Part shown: one piece after another, positions 48,784 to 60,360 of the stretch
How positions within the stretch are numbered: the stretch's first letter is position 1
Layout: every line of letters starts with the position of its first letter
Virus record (IMG/VR): IMGVR_UViG_3300037104_000756
Coordinates: 34,163-98,162 of that record
Length of the DNA: 64,000 bases
Source: a virus
Reading direction: 5' to 3' (one strand)
Program-made: the position numbers and the translations under genes
The notes under the pieces: generated by a model
What the model was told of the DNA's origin: nothing
The model's database searches: none
The model's input: the letters and a program-made list of their open reading frames with translations, nothing else

Positions 48784-49106
48784 CTCTTTCATCAACCCCA
48801 ACCTCGTTGATCAACGCAAGCCCAACGTCGAGCCGCAAGGCGTTGAAGCGGTGGGCTTGAGTGGAGGAACGAGGACGATGCCGAGAATCGGAAGTATTTT
48901 GAACAAGACTCTGCTGGATATGGAGCGGGCTGTAATAAAACTGGAATTGGCAAAAGGATCGGCTTTGAAATTCATCGAGGAGTGGAATCAAACCGTCGAC
49001 GAGTTGGATACACAAATCCAAGGTTATCGGCACGCCTACAAGCTTCTGCTGGAAGAGTCGAACAAAGTTTAAGGCGGTTGTAGAGAGTAAAATCGAAAGG
49101 AGCAAG

Positions 49107-49634
49107 ATGAAACTCAAGGTCTTCGTTCTATCAGTGGTTCTACTTTTATCGGCAGGGATGGCGATGGCGCAGTATACGTACCCGGTCAATCCTAACCCGA
49201 CTAAATTCCAGACTACATTCTATTCGAATGACCAGTTTCTAGCGACGTTCAATAGCTCGGTGACAGTAACTATTGAACAGAAGAATACCAGCACGGATAC
49301 CATCTACCAGTCGTTTAATCACGGGGTTGTTCAGGCGATATCGGTTCGCATTATCGACCACGACATTCCGGTTGATGTGTCCTCGTCGGATTTCTACATG
49401 AACAACGATCCCCTCGATACACCTATTACGGTTCATTCAACAGGCACATGGGGCGGACGCCCGTTCACGTACGCTTACCGTCAATTTACTTTTTCGGGCA
49501 GTGTGTTCTCCAAGCGCACGCGCGCCATTATCGTTAACGCTCGGGAAGTCATCTTCGTTACCCAAATCGCCGCAATGTCGTACGATGATCAAAACGAGTG
49601 GTTTGACTTCGAATACTCACTGCGCGTCAGGTAG
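49107..49634 (+). CDS. Exported protein, probable distant paralogue of 48244
   Basis: Signal peptide AMA|Q; similar length and layout; same upstream GAGAGTAAAATCG. Confidence 0.55.
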   Translation: MKLKVFVLSVVLLLSAGMAMAQYTYPVNPNPTKFQTTFYSNDQFLATFNSSVTVTIEQKNTSTDTIYQSFNHGVVQAISVRIIDHDIPVDVSSSDFYMNNDPLDTPITVHSTGTWGGRPFTYAYRQFTFSGSVFSKRTRAIIVNAREVIFVTQIAAMSYDDQNEWFDFEYSLRVR

Positions 49635-49639
49635 TTCGG

Positions 49640-49666
49640 AGGGGCTTCGCAGAGCCCCTATCTTTT
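49640..49666 (+). terminator. Intrinsic terminator
   Basis: AGGGGCTT-CGCA-GAGCCCCT then ATCTTTT. Confidence 0.6.
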
Positions 49667-51427
49667 CGGAGAGGAGTCGGTATGATCAAAATCACGAGCA
49701 CAACGGGGAGAGAGTTCAAACTGTTGAAGACTTGCGTTCGCCAAACCATCTTAGGCTTCAACTTATTTACCATGGAGGCGCGTCCGATGAGCTACAGGCA
49801 GGTTCCTCGTGATCAGTTGGCCGTAATCCTTAAATCCCACCCCGATCCTAAAAGCGGGATTCGGTACGGAAACATCGATTCCAAATTTAGTGACGGGACG
49901 ATCTATCATAACCACTGGGCGGTTGTTTTTCGTCCAGCGCGCCACGGAGGGACCCTCTCCATCGGCTGCAGCACCTTTGACCGGAAGACGACCGCAATTA
50001 TTCGTACGTGGGCGCTTGGAGGACGACAATGATCGAGCATGTGTTGTATAATGCTGAGACAGGCCAGTGGCATCGATTCACCGATGTGTACATGGTGAGC
50101 GGTGTCGTTGCGGCGACGCAACCTGAAGCGTTCGAGAAACTGTACGGGCATGCGCAACCGATTCCCCCTATCCTGCGCGCGCCGCGCCGAGTTCGTGAGG
50201 AGGCATAATGAATTCCAAAGAGATTCGCCGTAAGCAAGACTTGGATGGCTCCAGAACGCCTGCAGTCTACGGCGGGGATAATTTTTGGTTGAGTGAGATC
50301 GCCTACCAACTCGCGGTGTTTAATGAGCGCGAAGCCGCAGAAGTTCAGCGACACGTCCTACCATACAAGTTGGGCAAGGTCGAGTACGCGGACGATATAA
50401 AGACGCCCGCCACGTTCGGCTTCGGCGGGAACGCGATACAGCATCAGACCCATTGCTTTTTGTGCCAGAAGCCCGTGTCGCACTGTATCTGCCATAAAAA
50501 AGAGTAAGCACCAAAAAGCCGCGAAAACCATTGACGACCTTATGAACGGCGGTTACAAAACTGACTTGGCGATTCATCAGTAGACGACAGTTCCTGACGG
50601 AGCTATCGGGAGCACTGCAGTGAGCATCCTGAGCATAATTCACGATTGGTGGTTGATGCCATCTCAACTGCCGCCCAATGAACCCACATGGAATTGGAGC
50701 ATCCCCGTTTCATCGCATATTTCCAGATTGGAAGCCGACAATAAGCAACTCAGGTTCCTTCTCGGCCAAGCACCGATGATCGACGCCCCGACCGAATACG
50801 AGCGTTTGGTTGCATCGCAATCCAAATTTGCATACATCCATCCAAAGACCATAGCCAAGTACGTTTCGAAACTAAGCAAACCCTTTTTGAAATTTGGAGG
50901 ATCGCCAACCATCTACATCATCACATCGCTGATGCCTGAAGGGTTTATAATCTATTCTCCGAATCTCCTACCGGGATACGAGAATCGCATCGCGACATTC
51001 ATTACGAGGCAGTCCGCATCTTTGAACGCGTGGCGTCCGCTGTGAGCGATTCGAGTCAGTGGAGTGGTTCGAACGTGCGCTGGTATGGACCGCTGTACTT
51101 GGGCGGCAGCCACCATGCAGTGCCGACAATTTGTGAGTTTGCACTAGACGGCAGATATTTGCAAAACGAAAAAGAGGTTTTGATTACTGCCCTAGAGAAT
51201 TGGTTGCGGGCGGCTTCTGCGAAACAAATTTTGGGACCGCGATGTTGAGGGGATGACATGGAAACCGTAAAACAGTTCGTAACGATTCGGGGAGTCTCAT
51301 ATCTTGTGACGGAGCATTCAGGATATCTGAAGGCTCACCTTAATGGGTACTTCGGATGGACTTCGGTGTGGGCGGCGTCAGAAGAGGCTTTGCTTCGGCG
51401 CGTTCAACAAGTACGGACGGGCGGACA

Positions 51428-51841
51428 ATGAGTAAAGTTGGATATGTCCCAGATAAACAGAAGCAACTGGTTAATACAAAGCGATATCTAGCCTCGCCCA
51501 AAGGACAGGAGACGGTCAAGAGATGGCGAGAAGCCCATCCCAATAGACGAAGGGAGATAGCGCACAAGGTTCGTCATGGGGAGCCGTACACAGAAAGACT
51601 TAGACGGCTCGAAGAGCAGGGAAATAGATGCGCTAATCCAGGGTGTCGTACAACAGACCCAGGCATCAAAGGATGGAATACAGACCACGACCATGAAACT
51701 GGGGAAATTCGAGGCGAGTTATGTGGCGGATGTAATCGAGCCCTTGGAAATCTGAAAGATAGTGAACTAAGGGCGGAAGGTCTAGTGGAATATCTGAGGC
51801 AACATAAATGCAAATTAAAAAATTTGGCGTTGTTATTCTGA
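51428..51841 (+). CDS. Endonuclease VII-type homing endonuclease
   Basis: Q.NRCANPGC...TDHDHETGEIRGELCGGCNRALG.LKDS. Confidence 0.85.
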   Translation: MSKVGYVPDKQKQLVNTKRYLASPKGQETVKRWREAHPNRRREIAHKVRHGEPYTERLRRLEEQGNRCANPGCRTTDPGIKGWNTDHDHETGEIRGELCGGCNRALGNLKDSELRAEGLVEYLRQHKCKLKNLALLF

Positions 51842-52424
51842 CCAATGGTCCTGTGCGCGTTGAGGATTGGCTTGTCGAACGCGAACCTAGCGATCCTATC
51901 GACGCGACGAACGAACAACTTCTGTTGGATTTTGCAATCACCTGGGCTGAGAGACGGTTTGACGCTGCGCTACAAGACGCCGCGCGTAAGGCGCTCGCGA
52001 AGAAACTATTTGCGAAGTTGCCGAAGAAAATATATGTTGAACCAACCCAAACAGAGTTGAAACGCGTGGGGCACATTCAATGGTACGGGCAGGCGGGAGA
52101 AAACCCGATGCCCTGTCGGTGTGTTTACTGTCTCGAAGATTTGAAGTTGACGTAATGAAGTATATTATTCGCCTCAACCCCCGAGCGTTTAATCCGATCA
52201 CGCGGAAGGTGATTGCTTCGCGGCTCTGGGAAGTCGAGCAGTGTGCAACTAGGGATAGCGAGAAAGTGATTTGGCACTGCGCGGAAGTCCGAATTGATGA
52301 CAAGATGATTCAAACGTTGTACACGCTTCCTGGGAAAGAAGACAAGCCGTGGGAAGCGACGTACTTTGGTATCTGTGTTCGAGGGCAGGACAACGCAATT
52401 GAGATTCATACGGGGCGACAAGAT

Positions 52425-52701
52425 GCTTCAGGAAATTAAAGATAATGTAATCTTTCAGCAGTTGACGACCGGCAACGCAGCGTCGACGTTCTTCAGTATG
52501 TTCCAGGGTCGCTGCACCTTCGCGGCGATCTGTTTTTCAACGGCGGGAGTTTACGGCTGGCTTCACGGAAAAGATTTGACATCTTTCGCTTTGTTTGTGA
52601 CTGCAGTGCAGGGGCTGCTAGTACTCCACAGTTGGAAAGAAGATAGCGCAGAACAGCAAGAGATTAAGCACAACGGGCAAAACCCAGGAGACCGCAAATG
52701 A
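52425..52701 (+). CDS. Small two-TM membrane protein (holin-like, uncertain)
   Basis: Two hydrophobic helices and a charged tail. Confidence 0.45.
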
Positions 52702-53414
52702 AACGTTTCTTAACCCTCGCCTTAATTTTTGTTTTGGCTGCGGCATCGTTTGGGGCGACCTCGATTCAAGCGCCCAAAGGATTTGCGGGCACCCTCTATC
52801 GAGGCACTTTAGCACTATACGCTATTCAAGGGGACCGCACGCGCTTCCTTTGCACAACCGAGCCGTTTGAGAAAATCGCGGGCGGTTACCATTTGATTAG
52901 CGCCGGGCATTGCGTGCAACTCGTACCTGCCGATGTTAAATTTTTTGTTGCTGATGACATAGGCGGACCTTTAACGCCGGTCACTATGCTCAAGGCGCAC
53001 CTCGGAGACGACCTGGATTTTTCTGAATTTGAACTCAAGACCGCGCGCGCGTATCCCATCTTTGAGTTGGGCGACGAACGTGACATGCGTGTGGGAGACG
53101 CCGTCATCAATCCAAATTTTGCGGGAGGCGTAGTTAAACAACTCGGCTTCGGCACCATTTCGTCGGGCACTATTCCCGTATCACCCAAATGCGAGGTTGA
53201 TGATTGTGCGGGATATTTCTTGGTGCAGATATATGGCATGGGTGGTTCATCAGGCTCCGCTGTGATTTCGGATAAAACCCACAAGGTGATTGGTCTCGTT
53301 GTGATGGGTTTCGGCGCGCCAATCGGGTTTGGCGTGGAGCCTATTTCGAAGTTCGCTCGTTTTTTGGCGGAACCAAGTCAACCGCATCCTACTGACGAGG
53401 ATGAAGACCAATGA
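52698..53414 (+). CDS. Exported trypsin-like serine protease
   Basis: Signal peptide; SAGHCV, DLDFS, GGSSGSAV catalytic triad. Confidence 0.85.
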   Translation: MKRFLTLALIFVLAAASFGATSIQAPKGFAGTLYRGTLALYAIQGDRTRFLCTTEPFEKIAGGYHLISAGHCVQLVPADVKFFVADDIGGPLTPVTMLKAHLGDDLDFSEFELKTARAYPIFELGDERDMRVGDAVINPNFAGGVVKQLGFGTISSGTIPVSPKCEVDDCAGYFLVQIYGMGGSSGSAVISDKTHKVIGLVVMGFGAPIGFGVEPISKFARFLAEPSQPHPTDEDEDQ

Positions 53415-54023
53415 CTGTTCTCGATAAGAACCAAACTCTGGTTCCTCCTGCAGATCATTTCCTTCACGCTGTGGGGGCTCAAGGTGCGTATATTTGGCTA
53501 GAGTACCACACTAGATCATGGCGTACGGGATACGACACGAGGTACGGTGCGGTGATGATCTACCTGAACGATATGGGGCGGGAAGTAATTCGGACCCAGC
53601 AAGATGTAGACATTCCCCTACCTGTTGAACCCGAGGTTGCGCCAGTGACGCGGTGGATGAAATTTAAGAACGGATTTTTTATGGTGCTAATCGGTATCGA
53701 GGAGATGATCACATGTCGAAACAAGTCATAAGCCAGCGCATGGAACAAGTCTGCGACGCCTGCGGCGCAACCAAGGAATGGGAATTGGTTGGAGCCGACC
53801 AGAACCAAGTCATCATTGATGAAATGCAAGAGTGGTATAGCGTGGGTCGCAAACTCGTGATTGACGGGCGCATGACCCAGCTAGCGGTTGACGCATGTTC
53901 GTTGAATTGTGTTGTCGTTGCGGCAGCGAAGATGGTGCCTCAACCGGAGTCGCCTGCGGACAAAATCGATTTGGCTTCGTTGCGCACAACGAGTTTCAAT
54001 CCATTGAACTGACAGAGGAGACA

Positions 54024-55625
54024 ATGCCAAAACTAATCAGGCACGGCAAGGATGCGCGCGACGCAGTTTTGCGTGGTGTAGATTTCTTAGCCGATGCAGT
54101 TAAGATTACGGAAGGTCCCCGAGGGCGCAACATCATACTCGGCCAGCGCGCCCTGGGGCAATCACCCAAGTGTACGCGGGATGGGGTGACCGTATCCAAT
54201 TACGCCGATCCTTCCGATCCAACCGAACAATTGGGGGCAGACTTGGTTCGAGAAGCCGCGCAGAAAACCGATAACGCGGTAGGCGACGGCACGACAGCCG
54301 CAATCGTTTTATCGCAGGCAATGGTTCACGCGGGTTTCGAACTGATTACCGCTGGAGCTAATCCGATGGCGATGGAGCGCGGGATTCACAAAGCTGTTGA
54401 TGCGGTGATCGCCCGATTGCGCGTCATGGCGGTGCCGTGCGAAGGTCCCAAGCTTTTTCAAGTGGCGCAAGTCTCGGCGCATGGCGACAGAGAAATTGGT
54501 GAATTAGTAGCGCGTGCAGTGATTCAAGCAGGTCCGCACGGAGTGGTGACGGCTGAACCTTCATCCACGTCCGACACTTCCGTGGAGACGGTCGTTGGTC
54601 TTGAATTGGAAAAATCCAATTTGCTGCATGGGGCATTTGTTACCCACCCAGAAGAAAATAAAGCAGAGTTGCATGACTGCCGCATTCTTCTTTGGGAGGG
54701 TGTGATTGCCACGGCGAAGTCCATTGTGCCATTGCTGAAACAGGTGAATGAGGCGAATGTCACGGGTGGAACTCCTCTGTTGATTATCGCGGGCGGATAT
54801 GAAGCGGAAGCTCTCGCATGCATTCTCAAGAATAAAGTCAGTCTCGCGCTGCCTCTGATCGCGGTGCGCATGGAAGCGTACGGCGAGCGGCGCAAGGAAG
54901 TGATGCGGGACATCGCGGCACTGACTGGCGGCAAAGCGTATACTGAAGATTTGGGCATGAAGATTGAGACCGTGAAACTTGCTGAATTGGGGATAGCCCG
55001 CAAGGTCATTACGAATATGTCCAAGACTCAAATCATTGAGGGCAAGGGCAATCAAGCTGAACTTGCAGGGCGCGTGGCGCATATCAACGAGGTTATGGAC
55101 GCCGCTGCACCGCTTGAAAAGAAAATTCTCCAGACGCGGCTGGCGGCGCTCCTCGGTGGGATCACGATTATCAAAGTCGGCGGGGTAACTGTAACCGAGA
55201 TGGAGGAAAAGAAAGACCGCGTGGTGGACGCTATGTCTGCTGCGAAGGCGGCGGTGGAGTCAGGGATCGTAGCGGGTGGAGGCACTGCATTGCTGCAAGC
55301 CTCTGCAATCTTATCGGCGTTGAAGTTGCCGCCTGATGAGACGGATGGATTGGAAGTCGTTCACACCGCATGTCGCGCGGTTGTGAAACAGATCGCCGAG
55401 AATGCGGGACTCAGCGGCAACTTCCTACTCGATCAGTTAATGGCAACTCCTGATTTAGGATACAACGCGCTCACGGGAACGTTTGAAAATCTTGTGGAGT
55501 CAGGCATCATCGATCCAGTTAAGGTCGTCATAGAATCCCTCCGTAACGCGGCGGCGGTGAGTTGTAGTATAATCACTATGGGCGCAACGGTCAGTGAAAT
55601 TAAACAGGAGAAAACCCATGACTAA
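54024..55625 (+). CDS. groEL: Chaperonin GroEL
   Basis: AVKITEGPRGRN, TRDGVTV, GDGTTAA, GANP, DIAALTGG, EEKKDRVVDA, GIVAGGG, GIIDP.KV; SD GAGGAG before the ATG at 54024. Confidence 0.97.
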   Translation: MPKLIRHGKDARDAVLRGVDFLADAVKITEGPRGRNIILGQRALGQSPKCTRDGVTVSNYADPSDPTEQLGADLVREAAQKTDNAVGDGTTAAIVLSQAMVHAGFELITAGANPMAMERGIHKAVDAVIARLRVMAVPCEGPKLFQVAQVSAHGDREIGELVARAVIQAGPHGVVTAEPSSTSDTSVETVVGLELEKSNLLHGAFVTHPEENKAELHDCRILLWEGVIATAKSIVPLLKQVNEANVTGGTPLLIIAGGYEAEALACILKNKVSLALPLIAVRMEAYGERRKEVMRDIAALTGGKAYTEDLGMKIETVKLAELGIARKVITNMSKTQIIEGKGNQAELAGRVAHINEVMDAAAPLEKKILQTRLAALLGGITIIKVGGVTVTEMEEKKDRVVDAMSAAKAAVESGIVAGGGTALLQASAILSALKLPPDETDGLEVVHTACRAVVKQIAENAGLSGNFLLDQLMATPDLGYNALTGTFENLVESGIIDPVKVVIESLRNAAAVSCSIITMGATVSEIKQEKTHD

Positions 55626-55786
55626 ACCATACAAGGTTCCCCCCGAAGGATGTTTTCAAAACATGGTAATGGTCGACGGACGGATTTTGCATTTAGTAGT
55701 CGCAGGTCCCATGACGGATGACATCATAGCCGTCTTATCGAAACTCGCAATCGTGGATGCCCGAGTCGGCATAAAGAAGGTAGCCA

Positions 55787-56074
55787 ATGTCTAATACGTT
55801 TTTAGAACCTGCGACAGACCACATTCTCGTTGTGGACAATCACGAAGGCACCGACATCGGCGGCATTTCTCTGCCCGACAATGTCAGACAGCAGGAAATG
55901 GTTTTCGGGACTGTGTTGTTTGTGGGACCGCTCGCGCCTGCCACAAAAGTAGAAGACCGCGTATGCTACGGTCCTTACGCGGGCAAGACCGTAGTGATAG
56001 ACGGAATTGAATTTCGACTCATTCGTGAAGGACAGATTGAAGGATATCTCAGAAAGAGACCAGACCATGCATGA
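55787..56074 (+). CDS. groES: Co-chaperonin GroES
   Basis: LEP..D.ILV....GGI.LPD...GTV.FVGP...VK..DRV.Y..YAG..V.IDG.EF.LIRE..I.G. Confidence 0.92.
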   Translation: MSNTFLEPATDHILVVDNHEGTDIGGISLPDNVRQQEMVFGTVLFVGPLAPATKVEDRVCYGPYAGKTVVIDGIEFRLIREGQIEGYLRKRPDHA

Positions 56075-56576
56075 ACAACCGCCGCGACTCTCATTAGAAG
56101 AGTTGCAAACAACATTAGAGTATCAAAAACTCACCCAGAAGCAGCAACTGTTTGTAGCGACCTACTGCGCTGGGGGTTTGCTGGACGGCAATTACGACCA
56201 TGTCGCTGCGACGCGGACTGCGTACGAGTGCAAGTCTCTGGAAGTAGCCCGCATCATGTCTTACGCGCTCATGGCGAATATTCGTATCGTCGCGGTATTG
56301 AATCGGCATTTCAACGCGACTCCGATTGAAGAATTTATCGTGATGTTGGACCGCGCCATTCGCAATCGAAAATTGACGACCGCCCAGTTGCTGGCTCTGA
56401 AGCTTAAAGGCGATGTGATGGGCTTCACCAGTCGACTCCCAGGAACGGCTAATATGCCGCTCGGATTTATCCCTCCCGCTATACGCGAGGACACGCTTCA
56501 GCGTCAGAAGGCGAAAAAACAAGCGGCTAAAGACGCGAAGCCAAAAAAAGTCGTAGAAGAAGAGTCTTTCTTTTAG
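56067..56576 (+). CDS. Terminase small subunit-like HTH protein
   Basis: LTQKQQLFVATY...GN....AA...AY...S..VA......L..N.RI. Confidence 0.6.
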   Translation: MHEQPPRLSLEELQTTLEYQKLTQKQQLFVATYCAGGLLDGNYDHVAATRTAYECKSLEVARIMSYALMANIRIVAVLNRHFNATPIEEFIVMLDRAIRNRKLTTAQLLALKLKGDVMGFTSRLPGTANMPLGFIPPAIREDTLQRQKAKKQAAKDAKPKKVVEEESFF

Positions 56577-56913
56577 GACTAATCTTCTCCTTAGTGTATG
56601 GACTTCATGATGATACCTGGAACCGCTGCGCTCGGGCAACCGCGCATGGGTTCGATTTACGATGAAACTGGCACTCCTGACTCGGGGTATGAGGAAAAAG
56701 GTCCTTACCATTGTTCAGATTGCGTGCATCGAACCGCGCCCGATGAACCCTTCTGCATTCATCCGAAAGTGTTGGGAGACCATGACCTGCAAGCTCAGTT
56801 GGTTCATATTAACGGACGTGCTGCGGTCAAAATAAATTTAGAACACGGGTGCTGTGCGTTTGTTCGGTACCCTGCAGGATTTGTTGAAGAGGCGGAAGAA
56901 CACCATGACCGGC

Positions 56914-57069
56914 ATGAGTAAAGCCCAGGCGTTCAAAGAAGTCTATGCCAAGACTCCGAAAACGGTCACAGCTACAGGCAAGACTGGCGAAGCTAAGAGG
57001 AAAATGTTGGTGGCTATTGCCTTGAGTAAGGCTGGAATGTCGAAGCCGGGGAAAAACGCCAGAAAGTAG
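56914..57069 (+). CDS. Small basic protein (DUF6496-like AIALS motif)
   Basis: Lys-rich; VAIALSKAG. Confidence 0.5.
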   Translation: MSKAQAFKEVYAKTPKTVTATGKTGEAKRKMLVAIALSKAGMSKPGKNARK

Positions 57070-57077
57070 GATATTAA

Positions 57078-58930
57078 ATGCCATCAGCAATTATAATCGG
57101 TCAAGGTGGTGGAGTCGGCGGCTCTGGCGGGTCTAACGCTTCCGTTGGTCTAAACGGCGGGATAGGACCCACCAGTTCAACCCAAATTGGAGATATCGTT
57201 GCCGGGGTTTTCACTGCATTCAGCGCCACTAACCCTGTGCCAATTACTGGGACCATCCTAGCCAACAACTCGTCGGTCCAACTGGGTCGCCAGTTCCCCC
57301 GGATGCTACTTTCATAGGCGTCCAAGACGCCAGCGGGAATCTTGTCGGAGCGAGCGCCGCTAACCCTGTCCGCATAGACCCAACAGGCACGACAATCCAA
57401 CCTGTGAGCGGAACCATCGTTGTCTCGAACTTTCCTGCGACGCAACCTGTTTCAGGCACGATTACGGCAAATCAGGGAACTTCACCTTGGGTCGTCAGTC
57501 TCGCGAGTACGACCATTACAGGTAGCGTAGCCGTCACAGGAACTTTCTGGCAAGCAACCCAGCCCGTCAGCGGCACAATCACCGCGAATCAGGGAACATC
57601 GCCCTGGGTAGTCAGTAACGGCGGAACCTTCGCGGTTCAGGCATCCATCACAACTCTTGGTCAGCAGCTAGCCGCCGCGTCGGTGCCAGTTGTTCTGACC
57701 GCCGCGCAAATTACCGCGCTGACTCCGTTATCCACAGTTTCAGTTACACAAGGCACCTCACCTTGGGTAGTGTCTCTCGCTTCGACTACGATCACAGGAA
57801 CAGTTGCTGAAAATCTAACACAAGTAGCTGGAGTTGTTTTGGGTGCGACCGCCGTGACGGCATACGGTACTGCGCCTGCTGCCGCAAACGTACCTGGCGT
57901 CAACGCATTCATTACGAATACTCCTGCGGTCACTATTTCTACTGGAGCGGGACCTGTCGGTGGTACAGGTTCTTCGCTGAACGTGAACGTCACGAACACG
58001 GCCCCCGCAGTCGGGACGCTCACAAATAATAACGCGGCTCCAGCCGCCACCAATTTCGGAGTACTGCCCGCTCTTGCCAACGCCGCGAACCCAACTTGGA
58101 CGGAAGGCGACCAAGTTCTTTTATCCGAGGATTTATCTGGACACCTGCGTGTTGTTGCAACAGGCGCAGCAGCTACAGGCGCAGCAGTAGTTGGTAATCC
58201 TGTATTAGTTGCCGGTAAAGTTATAGCTACCGGCTTTGCTCAACCGCTCGCTGTAGACGGTCTCGGTGGTGTTTATGTGTCTGGTCTCCAGACGACAATA
58301 GGGGATGCTGTTTCTAATACAGTTGATCTCCAACTAGATGATAATCAAAATATTCTTCGTCAGGCAACTCTTCCATACATTTTTAATGGGACAACTTGGG
58401 ATCGAGCACGGTCGGCGGGGGTTTTCGCAGGGAGCGGCGTCGCCTCTACGGGAATTGCAGCTACTGTCCCCGCTGGTCAATACAGCGGCTCTGCTCCTCC
58501 TGTGTCTTTTGGGCAATATATTCCACTTCAAACAGACTACGCAGGTAGCTTGTTTGTGAAGCCGATTCGCCGCAGTACGACGGCAGCGTCGACCGCGATC
58601 ATTTCAAGTTCGTCAGCGGCAGTTACAGTTATGCCCGCTCAAGCGGCAGGTATCTTTGCGGACATCTCTAGTCTTGTTGTGACTACAACGCCAGCCGCTA
58701 CAGTATCTTTGCCTTTTACGCTGACTCTTTCGGACGGCACTGCTACATATGTTTGGGATATGGAAACGGGCGCTTTGGCGACATCCTCGGCGGATGGAAC
58801 ACTTTTGAATCTGGCTTTCAATCCCCCATTGCCCGCAACAACAGCAGCAACCGCTTGGACGATTGCAACTAACGTAGCAACAGTCACTGTTCACGCAGTA
58901 GCAGTTGCAGTTTTGCAGAAGGCTTCGTGA
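57078..58930 (+). CDS. Thr/Ala/Gly-rich virion-type protein split by a -1 frameshift near 57270
   Basis: ORF 57078 continues naturally in the -1 frame (GPTGSPVPPDATFIGVQD...) into ORF 57404; QPVSGTITANQGTSPWVVS repeats. Confidence 0.65.
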
Positions 58931-59375
58931 GGATGCTATGAAAATATCTCCCGAACAAAATAGAGCGTCTCAAAAGAAGTGGCGTGAGGCGCACCCAGAA
59001 GAAGCACGACTTAAACTTGAGAACCTTGTAAAGTTTCGTCAGTCTCCAGAAGGAAAACGCAGAGATAAAGAGAGAAAGAGCACAGAGGCATATACGACAT
59101 ACAATCGTGATGTACAGCTTCGTCATAAGTATGGAATCACAACTGCGGATAAGGAGCGGATGTATGCGGAGCAAGAAGGGTTATGTGGTTTTTGTGGACT
59201 GCCTTTACCCGATGCCTATAAGGCGTGTTATGACCATAATCACGAAACAGGAGAAGGCCGGGCGTTACTCCATACTCGCTGTAATTTGATTGTAGGAAAT
59301 CATGAAAACAAAGCTCTAGGCGCAAAGGTGGATGCATATCTTTCTAAGCACAAATTGACCAAGAAGGCGAGCTAA
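58918..59375 (+). CDS. Endonuclease VII-type homing endonuclease (divergent)
   Basis: KYGIT...EQ.GLCGFCG...DHNHETG..RALLHTRCN. Confidence 0.8.
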
Positions 59376-59376
59376 T

Positions 59377-60360
59377 ATGGCAAACATCGCAGCATTTCCG
59401 CTTGTTGTATCTATCGTTGGAGACGGGGTCGCTACGTCGGTTGTAGTCAATTTAGGATATACCCCTACCTCTGCTGCATTGACTGTTGCCTACAATGCAA
59501 ACTATGCGGATGTCTCCGCAAATATCTCTTCTGTTGTAGCTGGGAATTCAAACGTCACGATCAATTTTGTGGCTCCGTTTAGCGGCGCAATTCAAGTAGT
59601 GTTGGCGTTGTCCAGTGCAACCTGCGCTAGTGCTCAATTGCAGCCCGTTCTCGTCCAGCCGCGTGCGACCGCAGGCGTGAGGTTTGCTCAGGTTGCCACG
59701 TCAGCCGTAACCAACGTGCCCGTCAACAAAACCGTGTACACGGAACAGTCCACGAATGCACAGCGGTCGTTCTCGTCTTCATCCGCCAACGACAGTGCCG
59801 CAGGCACGGGCTGCCGAACCATAGCCGTCCACTACCTCGACCAGACTGGCGCAGGCCCGTTCATCGAGATCGTGACCTTGAACGGCACGACCCCGGTCAA
59901 TACGGTCGGCACAAACATTTGCTTCATTGATGTTGTCCTTGCCATAACCGTAGGAAGCACGGGATCGAACGTCGGCACGATCACTATGTTCACGGCAACC
60001 GCAGGCGGCGGCACCGCGATCTGCACCATAGCACCCACTGACAACCGCACGCTCCTTTGCCATCGTTACACTCCTACTGGGGTCACAACTTATTTCACGG
60101 GCATTACAGTCGGTTCCACCAGCACGACGACAGCGCAGGGAGGTATTTACACCTTGGCATCACAGAAGATTCCCACGGCAAACAATCCGTTCAATTCTAT
60201 TAGCGGGGACCTCGTGCTGTTCGGACAAGCGTCAAGCCTCACCCGCGCGTACACTTCGCCGATTGCGGTTGTTGGCCCGGCACGCACTCGTGTGATCGTC
60301 ACACCGGGAGCCGCAGCCAGTCTTATTTTTTACGGGGCGATTGACTTCTTCGAGGTATGA
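59377..60360 (+). CDS. Putative virion structural protein
   Basis: SSSSANDSAAGTGCRTI...EIVTLNGTTPV...GS...NVGTIT pattern; beta-rich. Confidence 0.55.
   Translation: MANIAAFPLVVSIVGDGVATSVVVNLGYTPTSAALTVAYNANYADVSANISSVVAGNSNVTINFVAPFSGAIQVVLALSSATCASAQLQPVLVQPRATAGVRFAQVATSAVTNVPVNKTVYTEQSTNAQRSFSSSSANDSAAGTGCRTIAVHYLDQTGAGPFIEIVTLNGTTPVNTVGTNICFIDVVLAITVGSTGSNVGTITMFTATAGGGTAICTIAPTDNRTLLCHRYTPTGVTTYFTGITVGSTSTTTAQGGIYTLASQKIPTANNPFNSISGDLVLFGQASSLTRAYTSPIAVVGPARTRVIVTPGAAASLIFYGAIDFFEV

Noticed and set aside
50576-50622. Tat-like motif ISRRQFL
   Set aside because: No start codon in that frame and an early stop; probably chance.
53895-54023. N-terminal extension of GroEL given in the ORF track
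   Set aside because: Overlaps the upstream gene; the SD and GroEL homology begin at 54024.
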